Sequence record: PZ445521.1
Source: a phage
Reading direction: 5' to 3' (one strand)
Length of the DNA: 64,000 nucleotides
Of the stretch, positions 9,220 through 19,192 are shown piece after piece. The notes under the pieces are model-generated. The model was not told the DNA's origin and made no database searches. It worked only from the letters and a program-made list of their open reading frames with translations. Numbering within the stretch: the first letter of the stretch is position 1; every line of letters begins with the position of its first letter. The translations under genes and the position numbers were made by a program.

Positions 9220-11033
9220 TGGTGTTTAACCCTATGCATGATTTCTTTATTTTTACCGAGATTAAATCCGCGTTCGTTCGGATTTCCCAAATAACCACAT
9301 GTTCTTCTTATTGTGTTCATCTTTTTAGGATCAGTTTCTCCACAAATAGAACAAACAAATCCGTTTTCAGTAGGAGTCATTTCATGGGTACTTCCGCATG
9401 TAAAACATTTATCTACTGGCATATTAACACCAAAATAATCTAAATGTTGTGCAGCATAATCCCATACGGCCTCAAGACCTTTTAGGTTATTTTTCATATC
9501 AGGAAGTTCAACATAAGAAATGTGGCCGCCTGTCGCAATGAAATGATATGGTGCTTCGCGAGAAATCTTTTCAAACGGAGTAATATTTTCTTCTACTGAA
9601 ACATGGAAACTGTTAGTGTACCAGCCTTTATCAGTAACATCCTTTACACTTCCATATTTTTCTGTATCAAGTTTACAGAAGCGATAACAAAGGTTTTCAG
9701 CAGGAGTCGAATATAAACTAAAAGCAAATCCGGTTCTTTCAGTCCACTGCTTAAGATGAGCATTCATTTTAGTTAAAATTTCTTGTCCAATATCACGACC
9801 GACAAGAATATTTAATTCGTGAATACCAATGTATCCTAGAGACACTGAACTTCTACCGTTTTTAAATAACTCAATTATATCGTCATCGGGTTTAAGACGA
9901 ACCCCGAATGCACCTTCTTGGTAAAGAATAGGAGCAACAGTCGCTTTAACTCCTTTTAAGGAACTAATTCTACACATCAAAGCTTCAAAACACAGATCCA
10001 TTCGTTCATTAAATAGCTCAACAAATTTCTGCTCATTGAATTGAGTTCCAATATAAGAATCTAATGCGATACGAGGAAGATTCAGTGTTACAACACCGAG
10101 ATTATTACGTCCATCAAGAATTTCATTACCGGTTGAATCTTTCCACACACTCAAAAAACTGCGGCAACCCATTGGAGAAACAGGAATAGATGAGCCGGTG
10201 ATAGCTTTATTGTTCTTAGCTGAAATAATATCAGGATACATTCTTTTGCTTGCGCACTCTAGAGCAAGCTGTTTAATATCATAGTTCGGATCGTCTTTAT
10301 AAAGATTAACACCTTCTTCAACAAACATAACAAGCTTAGGGAAAATAGGAGTTATCCCATCACGACCAAGACCTTTAATACGATTTTTCAGAATTGCTTT
10401 CTGAATCATTCGTTCAGTCCAGTCAGTTCCTGTACCAAATGTAATTGTTACAAAAGGTGTTTGTCCGTTTGAACTAAAGAGAGTATTTACTTCATATTCA
10501 TAAGCTTGGAATGCATCGTATACATCTTTTTCTGTTTTAGATTGAGCATAATTCAACGCATCAGCGATTTGCCATTTTTCTGCATCCTCAATATGTTTTG
10601 CATAGGTGCGTTTAACATAAGGAGAAAGTACTTTATCTACATTCGCAAAAGTCGTTCCGCCGTATTGGTGAGAAGCAACTTGCGCAGTAATTTGCGCCAT
10701 AATTGCAGTAGCAACTCCAATTGATTTAGGAGTTTCAATCTGTGCATTACCTAGCTTAAATCCGTTTTCAAGCATTCCTTTTAAATCTACTAAACAACAA
10801 TTAGTAAATGGAAGAGCAGGGGAATAATCAATATCGTGGAAATGGATAATTCCGCTTTCATGCGCTTTCATAATAAAAGACGGGACCATATTTTTGGCAA
10901 TGTGTTTAGACACAATACCAGCCATAAGGTCCCGTTGAGTTGGAAAAACACGAGAATCTTTATTAGCATTCTCGTTCAAAAGGTCTTTATTAGTTTTATG
11001 AATCAATCCTTCAATTTCTTTTTCAATTGTCAT
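9216..11033 (-). CDS. nrdD: Anaerobic ribonucleoside-triphosphate reductase (glycyl radical enzyme)
   Basis: 605 aa continuous ORF; C-terminal glycyl-radical motif RRTCGYLG and Cys-rich zinc site (CFTCGSTH...CSICG). Confidence 0.9.
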   Translation of the reverse strand: MTIEKEIEGLIHKTNKDLLNENANKDSRVFPTQRDLMAGIVSKHIAKNMVPSFIMKAHESGIIHFHDIDYSPALPFTNCCLVDLKGMLENGFKLGNAQIETPKSIGVATAIMAQITAQVASHQYGGTTFANVDKVLSPYVKRTYAKHIEDAEKWQIADALNYAQSKTEKDVYDAFQAYEYEVNTLFSSNGQTPFVTITFGTGTDWTERMIQKAILKNRIKGLGRDGITPIFPKLVMFVEEGVNLYKDDPNYDIKQLALECASKRMYPDIISAKNNKAITGSSIPVSPMGCRSFLSVWKDSTGNEILDGRNNLGVVTLNLPRIALDSYIGTQFNEQKFVELFNERMDLCFEALMCRISSLKGVKATVAPILYQEGAFGVRLKPDDDIIELFKNGRSSVSLGYIGIHELNILVGRDIGQEILTKMNAHLKQWTERTGFAFSLYSTPAENLCYRFCKLDTEKYGSVKDVTDKGWYTNSFHVSVEENITPFEKISREAPYHFIATGGHISYVELPDMKNNLKGLEAVWDYAAQHLDYFGVNMPVDKCFTCGSTHEMTPTENGFVCSICGETDPKKMNTIRRTCGYLGNPNERGFNLGKNKEIMHRVKHQ

Positions 11034-11503
11034 TTTAAACTCTTTCTAAGCTGCTTCTTGAATGAAGCTATTAATTGTGTTTTGGTGTCAGATTCATTAT
11101 ATTCAAATCCTCTTTGAAGCATCTCGGCCATCATTTCCTCTTTTCCTAAACGAGAAAATTCCTTTGATTTATCTCCAACGAAGTTAGGGTGAATATTATT
11201 TTGGGTGTAATCGGATTTTAAATAAGTAAGTAAATTTTCTAACCATTCAAGATAATCAACACCTTGTCCCTTTAAGCCAGAACGATTAAATTTATGCTTC
11301 ATTTGACCTTCTGCGGCATTGCAGAGATTACAAAGCAATCCACGTACCTTTCCTGCTTTTGGTCCATTTAATTCATGGTCATGGTCGAGGTGATTAGCTT
11401 GAACGTCAGGATTTAGTTCTCGTTGGCAAATTAAGCATTTACCATTTTGTGCATCATAAAATTTCTGTTTTTCTTCTTTGTATAATTTGCCAGTCAATAA
11501 CAT
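11030..11503 (-). CDS. 49: Endonuclease VII (Holliday junction resolvase)
   Basis: 157 aa; His-Me finger region HLDHDHELNG and Cys pairs; position downstream of nrdD as in T4. Confidence 0.85.
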   Translation of the reverse strand: MLLTGKLYKEEKQKFYDAQNGKCLICQRELNPDVQANHLDHDHELNGPKAGKVRGLLCNLCNAAEGQMKHKFNRSGLKGQGVDYLEWLENLLTYLKSDYTQNNIHPNFVGDKSKEFSRLGKEEMMAEMLQRGFEYNESDTKTQLIASFKKQLRKSLK

Positions 11504-11545
11504 AATAAAACCCTTACCTTAAATAGATAAGGGTATTTATTATTT

Positions 11546-12031
11546 TCAAGTATTGTAAAACATTTGATTCAATCGCTTATATTGCCGAATCTTTTGGTCA
11601 GAAAAAGAAATTTGGGTTTCAAGCCATTCAATATATTCTGCCGCAGCTTGCATCAAATTTCCTTCATAGCCATCGTTATTTTCTTGTGCAGCTAATTTAG
11701 CTAATGCGTATGAAATACGTTCACCTTGAAAATCGGCTTTAGGCTTCTGAACAACTTGATTAGTTCTCTCTACAACTTCTTCAATTTCGCCATTTTCTAC
11801 TGATTCAGTATTCCACAAGCACCAATACGTAATTGGCTTATCGTAGATGTTAATAATCTTTCCATCAGAAAGTTCAATTTCAATAATTCCAGTATCAGGT
11901 TCTATATCATCTTCACATTCTTTTGCAAGTTCACGAACTTTAAAGACAGTACCTGCACTAAGTTCCGGCCAGTAATTACACAGCCCTGTATCAGCACGAT
12001 TAATTCTAAACCACTTATCTACTGTAATCAT
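11546..12031 (-). CDS. pin: probable Pin (inhibitor of host Lon protease)
   Basis: ORF 11546..12049; start at internal Met gives 161 aa as in T4 Pin; assignment by size and position only. Confidence 0.35.
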   Translation of the reverse strand: MITVDKWFRINRADTGLCNYWPELSAGTVFKVRELAKECEDDIEPDTGIIEIELSDGKIINIYDKPITYWCLWNTESVENGEIEEVVERTNQVVQKPKADFQGERISYALAKLAAQENNDGYEGNLMQAAAEYIEWLETQISFSDQKIRQYKRLNQMFYNT

Positions 12032-12154
12032 GTCCCATCTCCATATCAATTAAGTCATTTATCGTTGGTTCATTATATACTGTTTCTTCATCAGTGTAAA
12101 CCGGTTCTTCCGGCTCTGGCTCTACAGTTTCCCATCTAGCCGCCCACCAAGGTT

Positions 12155-12475
12155 TTATAGCGTAATCCATTCTCGTACTGTCTGAGTTACTACACGTTCA
12201 CGGGGCTCGACTAGTTCAACAGTCGGAACTGCATAATACCAATCAGAATGATAAGAACCTGACCGAGATTCATTTACAGCCACATGTACATTATGTTTTG
12301 GACTAAAGTAAACACACTGACGATATTGACATTTACCATCTTGCACCCAGTCTTCTATTTCGACAGGTTTAAGATAATCGGAAAAATCGAAATCATAGTT
12401 TTCCGAAAATGCATCATGGTCTTCAATGATTTCGCTCAGAACTGCATCAACATCTAATTTATTTTCAATAGTCAT
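12155..12475 (-). CDS. hypothetical protein
   Basis: 106-aa ORF. Confidence 0.5.
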   Translation of the reverse strand: MTIENKLDVDAVLSEIIEDHDAFSENYDFDFSDYLKPVEIEDWVQDGKCQYRQCVYFSPKHNVHVAVNESRSGSYHSDWYYAVPTVELVEPRERVVTQTVREWITL

Positions 12476-12485
12476 TTTTCACCAA

Positions 12486-12695
12486 TTAATTTCGCAATTT
12501 ATTAAGTTCTTCATCATCAATCCAGGATTCTAATCCTGATGGCAGGTCACATTCAATTTCCCAAAGAAGTTCTTCAATTTTATGAAGACGATCTAATTCT
12601 TCAACAGGAATAGTAACCATTGATGGAGCTCTTGCTGCACTAATATCGTATATCATATTTACCCCAGTTTGACCATGCAATCGCCGTATTTCCAC
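12486..12695 (-). CDS. hypothetical small acidic protein
   Basis: 69-aa ORF. Confidence 0.45.
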   Translation of the reverse strand: MEIRRLHGQTGVNMIYDISAARAPSMVTIPVEELDRLHKIEELLWEIECDLPSGLESWIDDEELNKLRN

Positions 12696-12874
12696 TTAGA
12701 AATAGACTTTTCACCATTAGAATAATAAACTTCGAGTTTAGCACGATTATTTTTAATTTGAATAACCTTGGCTGTCATCAAAGTTCCATACCCATAATAA
12801 ACTGCAACCTCATCACCTACATATACCGCGCTTCCGCGGTAATCATGGATATAATCAGTTCCTTCGAGAATCAT
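12659..12874 (-). CDS. hypothetical small protein
   Basis: 71-aa ORF, start overlaps nrdC stop. Confidence 0.45.
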   Translation of the reverse strand: MILEGTDYIHDYRGSAVYVGDEVAVYYGYGTLMTAKVIQIKNNRAKLEVYYSNGEKSISKWKYGDCMVKLG

Positions 12875-13134
12875 TTAAAGTATTCTCGCAATTGGTCAAA
12901 TCCACCAATATGACTTCCATCAGGAGCAAATACCTGGGGCATTGTCAAGCCGATTTGAGTATCACGACCTAGTTTAGTCAGAAGCTCAGCGATTTTCTCA
13001 TCATCAAAAACACCTTTTTCCGGCATAATGTTGATAAATTCAAACGGCTGTTTCTTCACGGTCAAAAGACGTTTTGCATTATCGCAATACACACATTTAT
13101 GAATGTTGCTATCATAACCATATACTTTAAACAT
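12871..13134 (-). CDS. nrdC: Glutaredoxin/thioredoxin
   Basis: 87 aa; CVYC active-site motif in N-terminal MFKVYGYDSNIHKCVYCDNAK. Confidence 0.85.
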   Translation of the reverse strand: MFKVYGYDSNIHKCVYCDNAKRLLTVKKQPFEFINIMPEKGVFDDEKIAELLTKLGRDTQIGLTMPQVFAPDGSHIGGFDQLREYFK

Positions 13135-13135
13135 A

Positions 13136-13378
13136 TTATTCCTTAATTCCTAGTACTTGTTTAAAAGTCTCGTCGTAATCAAGACTTTGGCCCGTTTGTT
13201 CTTTATGTTTGTATATAATATCACTTACTTCTGATAGCATATTTTTATATGAACGAGTTAAAGCAGATTTAAGCACGCTGTATCTATCAGGAAATTTACC
13301 GTGTTCATTATAATAAGCTATTGCTAATTCACGGACTGCCTTTTCAGCAGCCTCCATATATTCTTTACGCTTGGTCAT
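13136..13378 (-). CDS. hypothetical protein
   Basis: 80-aa ORF. Confidence 0.5.
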   Translation of the reverse strand: MTKRKEYMEAAEKAVRELAIAYYNEHGKFPDRYSVLKSALTRSYKNMLSEVSDIIYKHKEQTGQSLDYDETFKQVLGIKE

Positions 13379-13380
13379 TT

Positions 13381-13770
13381 TTAATCCAAAATATTATTAG
13401 GCATTGGTTGAACACTCACAAGTTCTTTAAAGAACTCAGTAGAGTCAGGCAATTTAACCATTTCCGGAGCATGCTTACTGAATTTATGTTTACATTGACG
13501 GCATTTATATTCAAGCTCTGGTTTACGCCAGTTAATCAACTGAACTTGTTCAGTACCGCATTCAGGGCAATTAGGAACGTTTTTAGAAGCTCTTTCACGT
13601 CGTTCAACCATAGCCATAATAGCATCCCATGCTGGAGGTTTAAAATCTAAATCGTCGCAGCCGTGAATCTTTCCACGCATTTCCATATCATCTTCCTCAC
13701 CAGCCATAATAATTTTAATTAAACTGGAATTACTTGAAGCTGCAATGTCTTCTAATAAACGCTTTTTCAT
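13381..13770 (-). CDS. hypothetical zinc-ribbon protein
   Basis: 129 aa; CPECG...CRQCKH four-Cys ribbon. Confidence 0.55.
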   Translation of the reverse strand: MKKRLLEDIAASSNSSLIKIIMAGEEDDMEMRGKIHGCDDLDFKPPAWDAIMAMVERRERASKNVPNCPECGTEQVQLINWRKPELEYKCRQCKHKFSKHAPEMVKLPDSTEFFKELVSVQPMPNNILD

Positions 13771-14696
13771 TTCAATACCTCAATAGCATTACGTAAACCA
13801 TTTGCTTTTGCATTAAGAGCTTTTAACAATTTGGTGTGTTCTGCAATTTGGGCTTCAACTTCAATCAAACGGGCATTGAGATATTCACGTTCTTCACTCA
13901 GATTATCAACCTTTTCCACTTTAGGCTCTTTTACAACTGTCTTATATGTATTAGGGTTCTTCAGTTTAATTAGAATGCGTGAACTGTATAACATTGAACC
14001 ATTATCTTCGGTTTCGTCATACATTTCCACTACGTCCATAATTTTTAACATCATGCGGAGTTTATAAGACAACGAACGAATAGTTTTGTTGTGCTTATTA
14101 ATTTCTTTAGCTGTCATGGTGCCAAGATTACGTGAGTAATAATAAGGAACCTGGATATTAATTAATACTGATGAACCACCTGGCTTGTGTGTTACTTCAT
14201 CAGCAATAACCCAGTCCTTAACATGAACTGTATTTGTACGGTCATCGCCCGCGGTAAATAGTTTGCGAGCATGCTTAAAAAGCATATTCACTTGGGTATT
14301 GAATTGACAAGCAAATTTATCAGCAAATTTAGTTTCAGGAATGGTAGATAACCAATCAGCCAAATGGGTCTTTTTAACATCGTTAACAATAGTAAATTCA
14401 ACCAAATCGGTTATAGATGTCGCAGTTTTAATGAATCTCGGCTTCATAAAGTTTTCAATGTTATCACGAGCTACAGTAGAAGATAACATACGAGAACGTT
14501 TAAACCATTCAAGCAAATTGCCTAACGAATGAGAATAAGCGTTTTGAGTATCTTTACAGATATGATTTTCCTGGCCAACATATTGAAGGAAATCACGAAG
14601 AATATTATTGATTACTGCTCTGTGTCCTATCTGATAATTACGATGTTTAGTAATAAGACTGTCAAAATAATCAATATAATGTTTACGAGTTTTCAT
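13767..14696 (-). CDS. hypothetical protein, paralog family member 1 (C-terminal coiled coil)
   Basis: 309 aa; N-terminus MKTRKHY; shared W..F..LFKKQ..AS.L-type block and C-terminal heptad-repeat tail. Confidence 0.6.
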   Translation of the reverse strand: MKTRKHYIDYFDSLITKHRNYQIGHRAVINNILRDFLQYVGQENHICKDTQNAYSHSLGNLLEWFKRSRMLSSTVARDNIENFMKPRFIKTATSITDLVEFTIVNDVKKTHLADWLSTIPETKFADKFACQFNTQVNMLFKHARKLFTAGDDRTNTVHVKDWVIADEVTHKPGGSSVLINIQVPYYYSRNLGTMTAKEINKHNKTIRSLSYKLRMMLKIMDVVEMYDETEDNGSMLYSSRILIKLKNPNTYKTVVKEPKVEKVDNLSEEREYLNARLIEVEAQIAEHTKLLKALNAKANGLRNAIEVLK

Positions 14697-14748
14697 GTTC
14701 TTCTCACTTGGTTAATGATTTATACTCCGAGCCATCCTTGGCTTTAAA

Positions 14749-15750
14749 TTACTTAATTAACTGTAAAGCTTGTTCAAGACGATCCAGGCGATTAACAGAT
14801 TCTTCCCAAATCCTTTTAGCCTGCTCATATTCTTTCTGCGCTTTATTAGAAATTTCTAGAACTTCTTTATAAGCTTTTTCTAATGCAATAACTTCTGGAC
14901 GAATTTCTACCGGTTCAGGCGAATCATCAAGATTATCCATTAGTTCCTCAAGGGTAGTTTCTTCTTTAGGAGTATTCACAATTTCATCACATTTTTGTTG
15001 GTAAATTTCTTTATCAGTAGGTGAATAAGCACATTTCACTTCACGAAGACTAATTACAATTTTATATCCTTCCCAGCCGCATATATTCTTAAAAGGATAT
15101 GTATGAATATTTTCTACTGTTTCCATACAAAGTAATGCGGTCTCTAATTGACGAGTTATAGTGCTAGCAATTGAGAAAAATTTATTAATATTCTTTTGGT
15201 TAGTTTCTGGTGTAAAAAATCCATAATTCACAAAAATAGATACTTTATTTTTATCAAGTTCATATTCTTTTATGATAATCATGTCAGAAGCCAAAGGATG
15301 AATTTGACGATAATCACCATAACATAATTTAGAAGCTGATTTTAGAATTTGCTTCTTAAAAAGTCTGAAATTACTAATCCAACGACGAGTAAAAATATTC
15401 TCAGGGTCTTCTTTATTATTAAGATGATAAGAATTAACATCACCGAACCAATTATATCCTACTACATCTTTGGTTCGTTTAATTTCTTTCCCAAAATTAC
15501 CAAGAATATCCCGATTAACCAAATATGAAAGAAGACGAGACTCTTTAAAGGTTTTCTTGATAACATCTTTATCTACACGACTAGAAATTTTACGAATTTC
15601 ATGAATAAATTTAGTAGAAGAAACAATACTTGCATCAACACTATTGAGCCATTGATTGATAATAGAAAGAACGATATTTTGACCAAACATCGGTATAGCT
15701 TTATCATCAATAACGCTATTGAATGATTTGATATATTCGTTACGAGTCAT
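14749..15750 (-). CDS. hypothetical protein, paralog family member 2 (C-terminal coiled coil)
   Basis: ORF 14749..15780; start at second Met (MTRNEYIK) preceded by GAGGAG; 333 aa. Confidence 0.6.
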   Translation of the reverse strand: MTRNEYIKSFNSVIDDKAIPMFGQNIVLSIINQWLNSVDASIVSSTKFIHEIRKISSRVDKDVIKKTFKESRLLSYLVNRDILGNFGKEIKRTKDVVGYNWFGDVNSYHLNNKEDPENIFTRRWISNFRLFKKQILKSASKLCYGDYRQIHPLASDMIIIKEYELDKNKVSIFVNYGFFTPETNQKNINKFFSIASTITRQLETALLCMETVENIHTYPFKNICGWEGYKIVISLREVKCAYSPTDKEIYQQKCDEIVNTPKEETTLEELMDNLDDSPEPVEIRPEVIALEKAYKEVLEISNKAQKEYEQAKRIWEESVNRLDRLEQALQLIK

Positions 15751-15774
15751 ATTAATCTCCTCATTAGAAAGTAA

Positions 15775-15812
15775 GAACATTATACCACATCCTTGTGGCG
15801 AAGTAAACTAGT
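15775..15812 (-). promoter_or_regulatory. T4-type early promoter-like element
   Basis: ATTATACCACA ... AAGTAAAC arrangement closely resembling the element upstream of regB. Confidence 0.4.
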
Positions 15813-16833
15813 TTAGTGCATTTAGTGCATTGTTCAGTTTAGAACGTTGCTTTGTCAGATTTTGAACCCTTGACTGAGCTTGTTCTAACACCTTTTCAGC
15901 TTCTAGCACTTCATTGGTCGCTTTAACGAGTTCATCATCTACTGCCTTAAGAGACTTCTCAATCGCGTCAGCGTGCCATTTTTCTACAGGTTTAAGACTC
16001 GGATTTTCAACAGGAAGAAAATTCACTTTATTGAATTTCCATGCATCATTATTACCTGAACTATACATCCAAAATTTAGAATCGTTTGATGAGTAATTGG
16101 ATAAATTTAAATTTAAGTTATCTTGCACTTCTTGCTTTTTCTCTTGCGGGACTTCGTCCTTTCTCAAAAAATCGTATTTAAATGAAACGATCATATCAAG
16201 TTCATATGTTGTCGTATCTAACTTAAATCGTTCAAAACGAGGTAAAATCTTAGATTGAACAGCAGCAACAACATCCATATACTTAAATGCTTCTGTCAAC
16301 TGTGATTTAAGACATTCACAAATTGAAAGAGAATTTTTAGTATTAGGCTTAAAGCTAATTCGTGCAGTTCTATTATTTTCTTTAGATGGTCTTACTTCCA
16401 TTTGAAGAGTATAACCATCAAATTTCAAATTCTTTAAGTTAATATCAGAACCTTTTAATCGACTAGCAGTAGACAAAATTTGCTTTAATTGTTTACGGAA
16501 TAGAGCAATAAATCTCCATTCAAGACGATAATGATTTGGATTAAAAAATCCTGTTGATAAATCAACCTTACTCTGACCAATGCCTTGAACAAATAGAGGA
16601 TTTTTATAATCAATAGTTTTACAGAAATCGGTGAGCTGCTCACGAGCAGTCATTTGTGTAATATATCCCGCTTTACTAAAATGACGTAACCATTCACTGC
16701 TATTCATATATTTAAAGTGAATATCACGATTAACTTTATCAGGGTCTAAATTATTTTGGCACAAAAATGTCATAACATCACGAGTATAGCTGGCATTACG
16801 AACCATATCTTCAATTTGAGAACGAGTTTTCAT
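15808..16833 (-). CDS. hypothetical protein, paralog family member 3 (C-terminal coiled coil)
   Basis: 341 aa; N-terminus MKTRSQ; EWRFIALFRKQLKQILSTASRL block aligns with members 1, 2 and 4. Confidence 0.6.
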   Translation of the reverse strand: MKTRSQIEDMVRNASYTRDVMTFLCQNNLDPDKVNRDIHFKYMNSSEWLRHFSKAGYITQMTAREQLTDFCKTIDYKNPLFVQGIGQSKVDLSTGFFNPNHYRLEWRFIALFRKQLKQILSTASRLKGSDINLKNLKFDGYTLQMEVRPSKENNRTARISFKPNTKNSLSICECLKSQLTEAFKYMDVVAAVQSKILPRFERFKLDTTTYELDMIVSFKYDFLRKDEVPQEKKQEVQDNLNLNLSNYSSNDSKFWMYSSGNNDAWKFNKVNFLPVENPSLKPVEKWHADAIEKSLKAVDDELVKATNEVLEAEKVLEQAQSRVQNLTKQRSKLNNALNALN

Positions 16834-16841
16834 GGTGTTCC

Positions 16842-17744
16842 TTAAGATTTAAGTAAATCAACAATTTTAATTAACTTTTCACGCTCAGATTTAGCTTTAC
16901 TACTCAATCCAGATAGTCTGAATATTTCATCATCATATTGTTGAATAGAAATATTTAGCTCTTCTATTTGTTTACTGAAATAATCAATCTGCTCGGAATA
17001 TTTTTCATTACTGCGAACTGGTACAGGTTTTGTAGGAAATTTAGTTAAACTGGATTCATCCGGGCGATAAATTAAAATGCAATTTGAACCAATCGGGCAT
17101 TTAGCACCAGATGAATATTCTAACGTTCCAGCTTCTTTTAAAACTTCAAAAGCTAAACAGAGATGATGCCCCATATTAACATAATCTGTAGAGCGAGCTC
17201 TGACGTAATAATCATCGCCGCGAATACTAAATTTAAAGCATTTAAGGTCTTCTGTATTATTGGTCTTAAAAATCATTTGTTTATCTAGACCTTTAGCTAA
17301 TCGAGCGCCTAATGCTAATAATCGTCGTTGATTTTCCCACAAATCCGTAATCATTTGATCGAATGATAATTTAGGCATTAGTCGACCATAAAGGTCATAT
17401 CCTTTATTATAATTGCGAAGGATTTCACTCGCATTAATACGAGACAACGCTCCAATTTTATTAAGGGCTTTCATGATGCGATTAGATAAACCCATTCCAG
17501 ACCCATTTGTTCGTTGTAAATGTTTTTCTAATCCAAATCCAATATCAACTTTAAATTTATCTAAAATTTCAGCATGAACATCTCTGTCAATAACATTCAA
17601 ATCCAAAGTTGGGTTAAATCTATGAAAAAATTTATCTGGCTCTCCACGACGAAGTACAGTCCATTCATTTAATTTTTTATTAACTAAAGATTTAATTACT
17701 GCATTGACATTATTAATTACTACTGACATATTTTTCTCACTCAA
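16842..17744 (-). CDS. hypothetical protein, divergent paralog family member 4 (C-terminal coiled coil)
   Basis: 300 aa; WENQRRLLALGARLAKGL block and C-terminal coiled-coil tail. Confidence 0.55.
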   Translation of the reverse strand: MSEKNMSVVINNVNAVIKSLVNKKLNEWTVLRRGEPDKFFHRFNPTLDLNVIDRDVHAEILDKFKVDIGFGLEKHLQRTNGSGMGLSNRIMKALNKIGALSRINASEILRNYNKGYDLYGRLMPKLSFDQMITDLWENQRRLLALGARLAKGLDKQMIFKTNNTEDLKCFKFSIRGDDYYVRARSTDYVNMGHHLCLAFEVLKEAGTLEYSSGAKCPIGSNCILIYRPDESSLTKFPTKPVPVRSNEKYSEQIDYFSKQIEELNISIQQYDDEIFRLSGLSSKAKSEREKLIKIVDLLKS

Positions 17745-18145
17745 TTTTCAATTTTACTAAATACACAGAATATGATGGAAAAGACTATATAAGCACCGCA
17801 TACAGATTGAACTAATACCATTCCAAAGAACCAAACAATATTATCAAACAATGTCTGTTTTACGTCGAAAGGACGTAAACTTACAGTAATATTATCGCCT
17901 TTTTCTATTGATGAATACATCTCTGGTGAAATATATTCACTAAATCTATAACCGTCTTTGAGTTCATATACGGCAATAAACGATAAACTAGACCCCTTTC
18001 CTTGAGTTCCTGTAAGGGTATTAACTACAGTAACATCATAATCTTTATAATGCATATAATCATTAATTGCATAATAACCATATGCAACTACTACACATAA
18101 ACAACATATCAATAAATTCAATCTTTTAATTATCAACTGTTTCAT
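17741..18145 (-). CDS. hypothetical membrane protein
   Basis: 134 aa; hydrophobic segments at both termini. Confidence 0.55.
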   Translation of the reverse strand: MKQLIIKRLNLLICCLCVVVAYGYYAINDYMHYKDYDVTVVNTLTGTQGKGSSLSFIAVYELKDGYRFSEYISPEMYSSIEKGDNITVSLRPFDVKQTLFDNIVWFFGMVLVQSVCGAYIVFSIIFCVFSKIEN

Positions 18146-18200
18146 AATAATCTCAATTAAAAGGGCTTAGAACCATTATACCATCCTTGGTATAAAGCGG

Positions 18201-18728
18201 TTATGCGAGTACCGTCTTTAACCGTTCTTCAAACTTCCGAAGAGTATTTTGGCGTTCAGCTCTTTGCTTTTTGTAAGTTTCAATACGCTCTGAAATGAGA
18301 GTGTATCGTTCATTTACTGATTCTTTCATAAAATCAGGAATTTCACGAGAAGCTTTAATCTCATCAAATTTATCAATAACAGCTTGCTCTTCAGCAATTA
18401 AGTTATCATACATCAAAATATCTTTCTTGATGAACTCAATATCTTCTTGAGTTACACGAGATAATTTAGATGCTTTATCCTTTTTGTACTGTTCGTTAGT
18501 ATCACGAGACCAGTGTAATGTACGATTTTTATTCGTATTCTTGTAAATTTCTACAATACCAATCTCATCAATAATAACGATCCAATTCCAACGAGATTTG
18601 TAAATTTGTCCTCCGTCAACCGTGATTTCACCTCCGATTGAGATGTCATTAAAGAACTTGCTTTGTGCTTCAGATTTAAATTTACCATCGTTGTAATTTA
18701 CCAGGTTGAAAATATCTTTAGCGTTCAT
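18201..18728 (-). CDS. hypothetical protein
   Basis: ORF 18201..18788; start moved to internal Met (MNAKDIF) because the N-terminal 20 codons read through the promoter-like element. Confidence 0.5.
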   Translation of the reverse strand: MNAKDIFNLVNYNDGKFKSEAQSKFFNDISIGGEITVDGGQIYKSRWNWIVIIDEIGIVEIYKNTNKNRTLHWSRDTNEQYKKDKASKLSRVTQEDIEFIKKDILMYDNLIAEEQAVIDKFDEIKASREIPDFMKESVNERYTLISERIETYKKQRAERQNTLRKFEERLKTVLA

Positions 18729-18749
18729 TTTGTGTTCCTCCGTAGTTGA

Positions 18750-18795
18750 TAGTTGTATAGTACCACAGAGGAACGGTCTTGTAAACAACTAAAAG
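18750..18795 (-). promoter_or_regulatory. T4-type early promoter-like element
   Basis: GATAGTTGTATAGTACCACAG block plus GTTTAC hexamer on minus strand. Confidence 0.45.
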
Positions 18796-19103
18796 AAACT
18801 TCTTTCACAATTTTTTCCACTGAACCACGCACTCACTGCTTTCTTAGTCTCAGGAGCAGTGTTATCCATAAACCATTCAAAGGCAGCCTTTTTATGATTC
18901 TGGAGGGCTTCTCGGGCTTTAATCTGCTCACGGTCTATTAACACTAACATATGAGCCTTTCTTGTCACCATGGGCTTCTTATGATTTTTTGAATACTCCC
19001 AATCATTTGTCCATCGCATCGTTGTTGCGAACTGAAATACAGCTTCTTTAATTTTAGTTTCGTAAATTTCACGAGCCTTTGAGTATAACATCACTACCTC
19101 CAT
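18789..19103 (-). CDS. hypothetical protein
   Basis: 104-aa ORF. Confidence 0.5.
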   Translation of the reverse strand: MEVVMLYSKAREIYETKIKEAVFQFATTMRWTNDWEYSKNHKKPMVTRKAHMLVLIDREQIKAREALQNHKKAAFEWFMDNTAPETKKAVSAWFSGKNCERSFF

Positions 19104-19192
19104 TTATCAGTTTAATTCTAATCATCTTTTTGATGGCAGTCCATATAATCTATTTCTGAACTGCCTTTTTGTCATAGAAGGCCTCTTATGAA

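Noticed and set aside
5523-13650. Plus-strand ORFs inside gene 55, nrdG, nrdD and nearby minus-strand genes (5523..5720, 7576..7761, 8449..8646, 9219..9443, 10506..10724, 10836..11117, 13321..13650)
   Set aside because: Antisense to well-supported minus-strand genes; hydrophobic low-complexity translations typical of AT-rich antisense frames.
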